Below, piece by piece: positions 15,001 to 27,000 of a stretch of 64,000 nt of DNA (the stretch's first letter is position 1; each line of letters begins with the position of its first letter). The notes below the pieces were generated by a model that did not search any database, was not told the origin of the DNA, and worked only from the letters and a program-made list of their open reading frames with translations. The DNA comes from Syntrophales bacterium (GTDB taxonomy: Bacteria; Desulfobacterota; Syntrophia; Syntrophales; UBA2210). The DNA is taken from positions 32,001-96,000 of the forward strand of contig CAXXNF010000002.1 of the NCBI GenBank assembly GCA_963666365.2, read 5' to 3'. The translations under genes and the position numbers were made by a program.

Positions 15001-18000
15001 GACGGAGACGGTAAGGATGACCTGGGCGCCCTGGCTCTTGAATCGAGCCCGGGACTGCTCCAGAACGGATCGGTGGTGACTCATGCCGTGGGCCAGGTCT
15101 TCCTCGGCAGGGATTCGGATTCCTGGGCAGCCGCCTGCTTCACCTGCCCCGATCTGGTCTTCGAGCTTGACCAGCCGTCCTATCAGGATGCGGGCGGCGC
15201 CACCATTCCGCAGCATTACTTCGCCGGTGTAGGTGATATCAATAATGATGGCAAGAACGACCTGGCCGCGGCAGAAACGCTGAGTACCCAGGTCCACCTG
15301 AGTTACGGCACGGCCCTTACACGTTACAGTGCGCCTGCACAGCCCGAGACGGACAAGCCGCTGCCGAAAGTATATGTGTACGAACTGGCGAAGCCGAACA
15401 TGGGCGGGACCGGTTCCACGGCCCATACCGGTATCGATGTATCAAACGATACGATCACCGATTTCACAATGCATGATGCCTTTGCTATTGAAGGAAGCGC
15501 CATTGGACAGCAACTCTCCTCGGCCCAGGCCATCGGTGATTTCGACGGAGACGGCAGCGACGACTTCATGGTGAGCGGTACGTTGGCAAGCTATATCTTC
15601 CTCGGTCCCATGGACCTCACCGGGCTTTCGAATGTAAACATCGCCGCCGATTTCATAATCGATGCCGCCTCACTGGGCACACCGGCCGACGCCATGGGCG
15701 ATGTCAACGCCGACGGAAAGACCGATCTGGCCTTTGTGCGCCATGACGATGCAGGCAACAGGACCGTCGTAACCGTGATTTTCGGCGGGCGCGTCATGCC
15801 CAGGACCATCGACGCGTCCTCCCTGGAGGCGCTCTACGCCCGGACCATCGAATTGGAGGATACGCTGCTCGAGGAGACGGGCGAAATTACCGTCATGATC
15901 GGGAACTGGAGCGGCCATGTGGATGTCCAGACCGGGCGCTTCTTCAACGATCTGCTGGTGGTCTCCTCGCTGCCGGGCGCCACCAACAGCTACGGCTATG
16001 TCTTCGCCGGCGATACGATCAAGGCCCGGACCACTACCATGGGCACCGGCGATGCCCTGGTGGACCTGAAACTCTTCACCACTACGGTGAATGTGGCCGA
16101 CGACCGTGTACCGGTGCGGACGCCCGACCTGGATACCCTGGAATCGACCACGAAGGTTACGATTGCGCCGGTGCATACGGTCATCGGTACAGCAGGCGCC
16201 ATTACCGACGCTGGGCAGAACACCTACGAGATCAATCAATCTGTGTCACATGCAGTAGGTAACGGTCTTACGGGACAATACTACGACGGCATCAATCTTG
16301 ACCAGACGATAAGTTATACCTGGTCGAATTACAGCGATTACGGGATTTACGACTATCAGACGACGTACTCTCATATTTATGTCGGGAACAGCGGCCTTAC
16401 AAATCTCAGTGTAAGCTGGCAGATTTACCACACCTATATCGGAGACCTGCGAATTACCGTGATCGCACCGAACGGTACAGAATATGTGGTGCATAATCGC
16501 AGCGGCGGGAATACCCGTGCTAATCCATGGTATCTGGTGAGCAACGTGGGGATCGGTACGCCAGGTACTACGGCCGGATGGTGGACCTTCAAGGTGGAAG
16601 ACCTTGCCGGAAGTGATCAGGGGTGGATTGACGGATGGCAGATTCACGGAACCGTGGGAGGAAGTTCGGCTCTAACCGGGACCGCGAGCACCGTCAATTT
16701 CGGCGACACACAGCCCGTGACGGGGCAAATGGAAACATACTCCAGCCGCTGGACGGGCTATGTGTCGGCGCTGGCTTCAGGCTACTATCAGTTCCGCACC
16801 TATAGCGATGACGGGGTGAGATTATATTTGAACGACGGCCTGGTCATCAATAACTGGACCGATCACGGCGGCACGTACGATTATTCCGGCAGTTATTACC
16901 TGACTACCGGAACCTATTATTCAATAAAGATGGAGCACTATCAAAATTACGGCGGCGCGGTGGCACGTCTGGAATGGAACGGTCCGGGCACCAACGGGTG
17001 GCAGGTGGTGCCCGAGCAGGCGCTGTTCACGGCAAATACGGGAGGAACACCCAAGTACATTACCGACTCCAACATCACCGTCTCCACCATCAATGTGAAC
17101 GCGGCCACTGCGGGCGCCGCCTACCCGATAGCGAGTGTAGAAGCGACTGTTAACCTGAAACATACCTACATCGGCGACCTGGTCATCTCGCTGGTATCGC
17201 CTGAGGGGAACACCGTCATTCTGCACAACCGCAGTGGTGGAAGTACGGATGATATTAATGGAACCTATACCGTCGGCACTGTTCCCGGTCTTGGGATTCT
17301 TCAGGGTGCGCGCGCCGATGGAAACTGGCAGCTGAAGATTGAGGACAAGGCCGGTGGCGATCAGGGTTGGCTGGCGCAATGGTCCCTGAAGATTGCTACG
17401 TACCAGGATATCGCAGAGAGCACTCCCTACAGCGCAAGCGCAACCGGAATTTCAGGAAATATTACCGACGTCAACGTGCGCATTACTCTGGATCACCCCA
17501 ATCTGTCGGAGCTGAAAATAGAATTGAAGCATGTGGTGTCGAATAGAACAATCACCCTTTTCGACCGGAACGATCTTTCAGGGGCCGATTTGCTGGGTAC
17601 GGTCTTCGATGCGGGGGCTTCAAGTGACATTTGGAACGGAACGGCCTCTTACACGGGAACATTTCTCCCACGGGGCAGCCTTGATTTCTTTGACGGACAA
17701 AGTCCCAACAGCGAGTGGCAGCTTATCATTACAGATTACGTACACAGTACCGCATCAGGGGCTCTCGTCAGCTGGTACCTGGATGTGCGCACTGATGAAA
17801 TAATTGCCTCGACGATTACGGTCTCCGGACTTTCGAAGGACAACGATGATGTGACGCTCACCGACGTGAACCTGTGGCTCAATATTTCCCATGCTTCGTC
17901 CGACAATGCTTTAAATATCTGGCTGGTGAGTCCCGGCGGGACGGAAGTGCAGCTTTGCGACAGTACAGAGGTGACGGGAAGAAGTCTCTCCGGTGAAGTC

Positions 18001-21000
18001 TTTGACGATGAGGCGGGCGATTCCGTCCTGAACGGGTTCTTTACGGCAGCGCACTCTGATTCGGAGGGCAACCTCAACGGGACCTGGACGCTCAAGATCC
18101 AGGATACCACCGGCAATGTCTCCGGCACCCTGAACGGTTGGACCCTCTATTTGGGGACCTCGCCGACGGTGTCGCAGATCGAAGTCGCCGGTCTTCCCGA
18201 CGGGCTGCGCGATCTTGACGTCACGGTGACCCTGGGCGACGATCCCGCTAATGGCTATGATTTCAATCTGGACGACTACTCGCTGGTGGTGCGCAAACTC
18301 AATACCGACGGCACGGTGCTGATCAGTAAAGCGCTCTTTAACCAGGGTACGCTGACAGGCAGCGCCCTGGGCAATGTGGTGCTGGGGACCACCTTCGACG
18401 ACGAGGCGGCCATCGATATCGGCGCAGGCGACGCGCCCTACACCTCTTCTTACAAGCCGGTTTCGTACACTGAGGATGGGAGCGGGGAACAGGTGGACGG
18501 TTTGATCGCCTTCGACGGCATCGATCCCAACGGTATCTGGGAACTCGTGCTCACCGACCACGAGGGAAAGACGGTAGGAAGGATCGAGGACTGGTCGCTC
18601 ACCTTCTCCTTCGAGCCGGAAGATGCCGATGCCCTGTCGGTTGTAGTGGGCGGCGACATCAGCGGGAACGGTCTCGACGATCTCGTCATCGGCGTGACTT
18701 CATTCAATACGGCGCCGAACGACGAACCCGATCCACGCATCGGCTGGGCCTATGTGCTGGGCGGCAGGCTCAGCGCCGCCAATACCGGCAAGGGAACCGT
18801 GACGAACGGCAACGACCTTGCCGACGAGACGGTGATCGCCTCCGCCTGGACGGCCCTGGGTTCCGATTTCATGAATGCCCGCGCGGTCTTCAATCTTGCC
18901 GGCGGCAACAACAATCTCTGGTTCGAGGCCCTCGATGCGGATGCCACTGCCAACGACATCCTGATCAAACTGGTCATGGATACGGATCTGACCACCGACC
19001 CGGCCAAGGCCTCGTACCATATCGGAACGAGGGTACTCACCATCACGGTTCGAAATCGCTTCACCACGGCAAACGACGTGATCAACGCGGTGCAGAATGA
19101 TACCGAGGCGGCTGGTTTCCGTGAGATCTTCCGCATCGCCCTCACCGCCGAGAGCGTGGTCAATGTGACGGACCACGCCGGATTCCGGGTGTCCGACACG
19201 AGCCTTGGCGCCGGGGTATACGCCCTTGGCGACCTGAACCGCGACGGATACGACGATTTCGCCGTAAGCCGCACCCGGGAAGACGGAGGATCGGCACTGG
19301 GGGGCCTGCTTGTGTTCTATGGCGAGGCGAGCTATGGCGAAGGGCCGGTCTCCGCCCTCGATGCCTCCACCATGACCGATATCATCATTCAGCAGGCCAC
19401 TGCCGACGAGTTGGGTGCCACCAGCCTGGTCGGTTCGCTCCAGGCCACTGCGGGTGACATCAACGGTGACGGCGTACAGGATTTGATTGTCGGCCAGCCG
19501 CAGGTCATCCGGATAAGCTCCGTCTCCGATGAATACAGTGTAAACGAAATCCTTAACCGCAACGAACGGGGCAGCGTCTATGTCTTCAAGTCGATTTCCA
19601 CGCGAAGCATTCAGCTCACCCTTGCCGAAGCCGATCTCATCATGGACGGCGAGGGCGAGTACGATCATTTCGGCTATCTGGCGCTTACGCCGAATATCGA
19701 TCTGGACGGCGACCGCATCGACGATCTTCTGATCGGCGCGCCCACCCTGGACGGCATTCTTGGCGGCGTAAAACAGGATGCAGGCCAGATCTACCTCATC
19801 TACGGCAACTACCGCACCGCCGTGATGCCCGTGACCGGTTACGGTATTCTCACCAACCGGACCATCACCGGCAGCGGCAGCTTCCTGGTCGATACGGGCA
19901 TCGGCCGCCCCGACCGGTTCTACGATCCCGATCTGGACGGCGATGGAGTCCTGGATGCCACCCGCTATACCATCGTGACCGGCGAAGGGCAGAAGTGGTA
20001 CCGCTTCACCACCCTCGGCGATGGATATCTCGGCACCATGATCCGCCTTACCCCTGCGGCCTCTGCGGGCATGACCGTACGGCTTTCAGGATATGACGGC
20101 GTGATTGCCGGCGGCCTCGTCGATCCCGACGGAACCGTGGAGAACGACGAATTCCTGGTAGGACCGGCGGTGGACACGGAGGAGACTTCCTTTACGGTTA
20201 AATTCGTCGGTGGTGCTGCCCAGGGCAGCGAGAGTGCCTCCTATGACACAGACACCGATACGCTGACCGTCACAATCGAAAGCGGCGTGTCAACCGCAAA
20301 CGACATTATTAAGGCCATCAACGCCACAACCATGGCCGGCGCTTCCTTCCGTGCAGTCCTGGCGGGTACGGACAACAGTGGAGAAGGAACGGTCTCCGAC
20401 GGGAACCACAGCGTGAAACTGAACGTGGTGCTTGCCGGCGACGGGCTGGAAATGGCCTCGGGAACGGCCGCGATTCTCGAATTCGACCTGAGCGCCTACC
20501 TGGCCTATATGGACGATCCGGAAGTGCTGGCACAGGTGGCTCTGCTTCTTTCGGGGCTTTCAGGTACTGCGGTGACCCTCCCCTCGCCGGTGTCGAATCT
20601 GACCGTGGTGGACGAGGACTCTCTCTTCTTTACCACCGTTGACACGAACGGGATCTACCAGCTCTGGGAGAGCGACGGAACGGCCGGCGGCACGCGGCAG
20701 GTTGCCGAGCTTACCGGTACGCCGGGCAGCCTGATGGATGTGGCCGGAACGCTCTATTTTACCCTGGAAGAGGGGCTGGTAAGCACCAACCTGGGTACCG
20801 ACAATCCCGATCAGCTTTGGAAGGTGCAGGCGGGCGAACCGCGCATCGTCTTCGTGGATGATTTCGATGCCACGCCCGATGCTGTAATTGCGGCGGGAAC
20901 CAAGATATTCCTGAATGTAAACGACAAAATCCGTGTCGTCGATACCGACGGTAACGGTGCCTGGGTCACCTTCGGAGGATCGGCAATTGAAGGTGTCACC

Positions 21001-24000
21001 GAGATGGCTGAAGTTGGCGGAACCCTCTATTTCATCGGCGATTATCTCGATCAAAAGACACTCTTCTCCACTACTGGCGGAACGGCGAGCCTGGTGGCCG
21101 AGACGGAATCGCTCTACGGGACGAGCGGTGCCTTTGTGGCGACCGTGGACGGCGCCGAGCGCATCTATTTCACCGCGCCCTATGAGGGGTACAACGTCCT
21201 CTGGTACACCGCGGGCGGCGCTGCCCAGGTGATCAGAGATTCCGGCGACGCCACCCTGAGAGCCCCCGCCAATTTCACGATCTTCAAGGGGATACTGCTG
21301 CTTTCCGCAGACAATGGTGTGTCGGGGAACGATCTCTGGAGAAGCGCCGATGGCGTGAACTTTACGCTGGTCAACAGCGGAGCCGGCATCAACTCCGGCG
21401 GGGCCGCAAATCCGCGGAACCTGTTCGTCTACCGGAACGGGACGGACACGACCGACGATGATCTGCTCTATCTGAGTGCCAAGGGAAGTGATGCCGCGGG
21501 GTCCGAGCTGTGGAAGAGTGCGAACGGCGCGACCTTTGCGCAGGTTAAGAACATCAATGCGACCAGCAAGGGATCATCCAGCCCGAACAACTTTGCAGAG
21601 TTCGGCGGAAAGGTCTATTTCGCGGCCGACGATGGATCAAGCGGCTTCGAACTATGGGTGACGGACGGTTCGGCGGCGAACACGAGCCGCATTCGTGATA
21701 TTAATCCCGGGTCAGCGTCCTCATCGCCGAGAGGCCTTATCGTATACGACGGTGTGCTCTATTTCTCTGCCGATGATGGCACCCACGGGAGAGAGTTGTG
21801 GACAAGCGACGGGACGGAAGGCGGCACCGTCATTTACAAGGACATTCGTGACGGCGAAAAGAGCTCCGATGTGGGGAACTTCATACTCTTCAACAATGGG
21901 ACCACTGACACCGAGGATGATGTGCTGTACTTTACCGCCGACGACGGTGTCCACGGGAATGAACTCTGGTTCATGACTTCCGGTACGGCCGGCGCCGACA
22001 TAACCCCGCCGGGGAGCAACAACGATATGACCCTTACCAGCTCCGATAAGGAAGGCGGCGTGAGCGTGGTGTTTGCCCATGGTGATGTGACCATGGGTGC
22101 CTGGACCATTGCCGCCTCCACCGTGACCACTGTCGATCCTGACGGCGATGACAACGGGATCAGACTGACCGAGAGCGGCGGTGATGCAAAGAGTCTCGTG
22201 TTGATTCATGCAGACGGGCAGGACGGTGATTCGGCGACAGCCTTCTGGCTTGCGACAGATAAGATTATCAAAGTGGAGATCAACAGCGGTGTGACTAGGG
22301 CCGGGACCATTATCACTGCAATTAACACCGTTTCAGGGGACAGTGATGTGACGGCGGCAAATGCCACTGGCAGCGACGGCTCGGGTATCGTGGGAACCGG
22401 CAGGGAAGCGTCTGCATCATGGTCTTCAACCAGCCGAACCATCACGGTGACCATCAAGGCGGGCGTTACCACCGCTGACGATGTGATTGCCGCCGTCAAT
22501 GCGCGTACCGGAGAGACCTCCATCACGGCAAGCCTCAACAGTTCTGTGGAAACAGGTAACGACGGCTCGGGAACCATCAATACCGAACCGGTTACCACCG
22601 CGGGCGGCGTGGACGGCGCCGGCCCCACCTGGACGCTGAGTCTGCCCGGCGCCGACAATGATATTCTCATTACCGGAGATACCACCACCGACTACAGCGG
22701 GTTTGCGGTGAATGTGGTCGAGGATAGCGATCCAGGTACGAATTTCACCGAGTTCTTCGCAAAGGCCTCATGGAACAGCGATACCAGTCTGCTTACCATC
22801 TCCATCGCCACAGGCCAGACTACGCGGAACGACATTATGGGGGCGGTGGGCACCTCCCTGCGTCCCAATGCGGCCATTCCCCTGACGGCCTCGGCCGCGG
22901 CGGGAGAGCCCGACAATAACGGCATAGTGGGGATCACGGCTATCACCAGCGGCAGCAGCGACGGCGCTTTGTCCGCCGTGGTGATCAATCCGGAAGGGGA
23001 TCTCAATGCGGTAAGCGTGACCGCAGTCAACCCGGGCAGCGGCTACGACGACCTGCGGGTCCTATACGTGGACGATGGTTCCGTCAGCGACGGCACGCCC
23101 GTTGCGGTCTATGACAGCGTCAATAACGTATTGACTGTCACGATTCAGAGCGGCGTGACTACGGCACAGCAGGTCATTAACGCGATCAACGCCGTGACGA
23201 CTGATTACACAGGAACGACTGCCGACTTCAATACGCTTTTCCAGGCCGCCGTGAACGGAGCCGGGACAGTGACCTTTACCACACCCACCCATGTGACCAC
23301 GGGGGGGAGCAGTGGGAAGTCCTCTGTCACGATCAGTTCCACTGGCGGCAATAATGATGTGACCATCGAGGCGGATTCTGCAGGGGTGGCTTACGACGGA
23401 CTAAGGGTGTTGTTCTACGATGACGGCACCTACGCCGGCAACGAGGCCTCGGCGATCTATGATGCGGGTGCGAAGATTCTGATGGTCCTTATAAACAATG
23501 GTTCTACCACGGCGATCAAAGTTGTAGAGGCAATCAACGAAATTGCGGGACTCAATTATACCGCTACATACGGGGGAAACGGTGGTGGGTATGTGCAGGT
23601 GACGACCCCGGCCGACCGTACCGCCGGAGGCGTCGACGGGTCCGCGAAGGCCTTTGTGGAGGTCGATGTCGCCGGTGATGACAATGTGGTGAGAATCGAG
23701 GCCCTGGCGAACGGCAGCGCCGCCAATAACGCGGGGATCATTTTCATAGACGATGTTTCGGTTACGGGCAACGATGCCACGGTCCGCTGGAACGCAGACG
23801 ATCATATATTAATCGTGAAGATTGAAAAGGACGTCACCACGGCCCAGACGGTCATCGACACCGTCAACAACTACGTGAGTGAAGATATGGATGCCTTCCG
23901 GACGGTGTATGCCGCCTCCGGGCCTGTGACTGCCGGCGGTACGGTCGCGGCGCCCATAGCGGTGACCGGCGGCGGCAACGACGGCACGGCGGCGAGCGGA

Positions 24001-27000
24001 TCCTTCACTGTGCGGGATGATGCCATCACGGTCACGGCGGCCAACCTGGGGACGGCCTACAATAATGTGCAGGTGCTGCTTGTCGCCGGTGACACGGAAG
24101 GGGCTGTTTACAACAGCGACAACAAGCGCATCACGGTCACGATCGATAAAAACGGAACCACCACCACTGCAGATATTGCAACGCTCATTCATGGTTTGGC
24201 CGATTTTAACGCCTCAGGTGGCGATACGACGAAAGTATTTACGCCGACCTTTACCGATGTGACCGGAGAAACCGGTGTGGACGGCGTGACCGGAGTGGCT
24301 GCAAGCGCGACCTTTACCGTGGCCGGAAATACTATTGACGTCACCGCCGATGCAACCGGGGCAGAGTGGAGTGTCAGCAAATTGGTGCTAACCTCCGGCG
24401 GATCGCTGGGGGCGCCGAGTTTTGACGACGCCACCGACACGATCACCCTGCAGATCGTTGCGGCAACTACGACGACCCTGCAGGTGGCCAGCGCCATCCA
24501 TGACATGGGCGATTTCAACGTTGACACGCTTCCGGAGGACGGCACCCTCGCTGTTGCAGGTACTTTCAACGGCACGGGCGTGGTCACCGGTGTCACGGCG
24601 GTTACGGCCGTTGCGGCAAGCGGTACCTTCACGATTCAGGGCGGAACGACGGCGATTACCGTGACAGCGGCCACAGCCGGCACCGCATACAATGACGTGG
24701 ATGTGCTACTCGTGGCGGATGTGAACGCCGGCAGTGAAAGCGCAGGGTATGTCCACGCCGCCGGCGCCGGTGTAATCACCGTCCATGTAGCAAAGGACGG
24801 TTCGACGACGGCAACGATCATAAAGAATAAAATTAATGGCTTGACTGATTTCAACGCTACCGGCGGAGATACAAAGAATATCTTTACCGACACCTATGCC
24901 GACGCCACCGGGTCGAACGGCGTCGATACGGCGCCCTCCGCGGCCGATCTGGATTTGAATCCCGATCCCGCTGTTGATGCGGTCATTACGGTCACCGCCA
25001 AGGCGGACGGCACGGCCAATGACGGCGTCCTTATTTACGTCATCGATAACGGGAGCATCGCAGACGGGACCGCTGCGACACAGTGGGACAGCGTAAACGA
25101 AAAATTGAAGATTACCGTTCAATCCGGGGCGACCACAATTGGTACGGTACTAACCGTCATCAATAACACGACCGGCTTCAAAGATCTCTTTGAAGCGTCC
25201 TCAACGGACAGTGGGACAATCATTGTTCCCAGCGGTCTTACCGACGGCGGTGAAACGGCGACAGCTTCAAAGGTCACGCTCACTCTGGACGGAAGCAATA
25301 ACGATCTGCTCGTCACTGCCGCGCAGGGTGGTACGGACTACGACAATGTCACGGTGAAGCTGATAGACGATGGCACTATCACAGGCACCAGCACCACGGC
25401 AGCGGCGAGCTACAACAGCGCGGACAAGGTATTGACCATCAACATCAACAGCGGCTACACCACCGCCGGGGCCATTGTAACTGCTTTGGGAGACGGGAGC
25501 AGCACCAAATTCACCGCCGCGCCTACGGGCAGTGACGGCGATACAACCGGCGCCGTGTCGTTGTCGCGCGTGACCAATCCTACCGGCGCCTCCGGTGGAG
25601 GAAAGGCCTCCGCCACCGTTGCTCTGGCGGGGACGACCACGTCAATCAGCGTTACGGCGGAAAATAACGGTGCCGCCTACTCCGGTGTGCGCATACGATT
25701 CGTTGACAGTGTGCTCGAAATCGGTCAGGAAACAGCCGTCTACAATGACATCGCCAGTGAAATTGTAGTCAGCATCAAGGCCGGCGCCACTACTGCAGCT
25801 CGGGTCATTGAGGTTATCGATGCGCTTGCCGACTGGAACGCGGTACTGGCTTCGGGCAGTTCCGGGGCGAAAATCGACACCGCGGCAGTGAAAACCGTCG
25901 GGACCTATGGCATGGCGGCGGACATCAACAGTTCGGGGAGCGCCAGTCCGTCGCATCTGACCATGTATGAAGGAAAAGTGTATTTCACCGCCAGCGACGG
26001 AACCAACGGCATCGAGTTGTGGGCGGTCAATCCCGTCGGCAATGGGGTTGCCATGGTGGCCGATATCAATGTCTCCGGCAGTGCTGTCCCCCAATACCTG
26101 ACGGTATTTGCCGATGATTCAGATAAGGAATGGCTCTATTTTGCCGCCGGCAACGGCACCGTGAAAGGGCTGTGGCGGACCGACGGAACCGATACTGCCC
26201 AGGTCGGCGCATTTGTCACACCATCCACCCTTGCGGCAGGCAGCGACAGACTTGCCGTAATTTCCCGGGATGGTTCCAACAATGTGCTGACCCTCATTGC
26301 AACGGATGGGAGTACCCAGGGCGTGGGCAAGCAGGCGCCCGTAACGGATGCTTCCAATCTAACCGGCTGGGAGTACGCCGTCGATCAGCACGCACTGGTC
26401 TATGTGGTCGACAATGGTGCAACCTATTCGCTGCAGACGACGGCCTCGACCAGCGCGATCGTGACCGGCAGCGCGTCGATTATCGACAACCTGACCGGCG
26501 TGGGCGGCAACCTCTTCTTTACCGTAGGCGGGAAATCCCTCTATGTGTCCGTCGAAGGCGCCGCGGCGGTCAAAGTGGAGGAATATCCCTATCTGCTTGA
26601 GAATCTGACTGCAGTAGGCGATACCCTATTCTTCGTGTACGATTCCGGAACGACCGATGTGCTCCACGCATTCACCTACGCGTCCGATGCCACACCCGTG
26701 TCGGTCAAGCGCCTCTCCGGTGATGCCTCTTTGATGATCAATGTGAACGGCACGCTCTTCTTTAAACTGGGAAGTGACCGCGGCACAAGCCTGTGGCAGA
26801 GCGACGGCACACAGTCGGGTACGGTGCAGGTGAGCTCTGTCTCGGACGGTTTCACATCAACCGTGCCGAATCCCGCCAATATGGTGGTTCTTTCCGGCTC
26901 GCTTTACTTTACGTCGACCGACTGGAACGGAGAGGCAGTACTGTGGAAGAGCGAGTACGACGGAGAGACGTCAATCTGGACCACGGGCCGCCTGGAAACA

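Larger units (their letters stand above)
13531..19810 (+). other. FG-GAP / integrin-alpha-like beta-propeller repeats (interrupted by inserts)
   Basis: Repeated GDxNGDGxDD motifs (LGDINGDGYDD, PGDYNGDGKDD, IGDFDGDGSDD, AGDINGDGVQDLIVG, DLDGDRIDDLLIGAP) followed by YLxFG/YLIYG strands. Confidence 0.85.

Noticed and set aside
9650..18612. Protease function suggested by PPC and P-domains
   Set aside because: No subtilase catalytic motifs or HExxH metalloprotease motif were recognised in the window.
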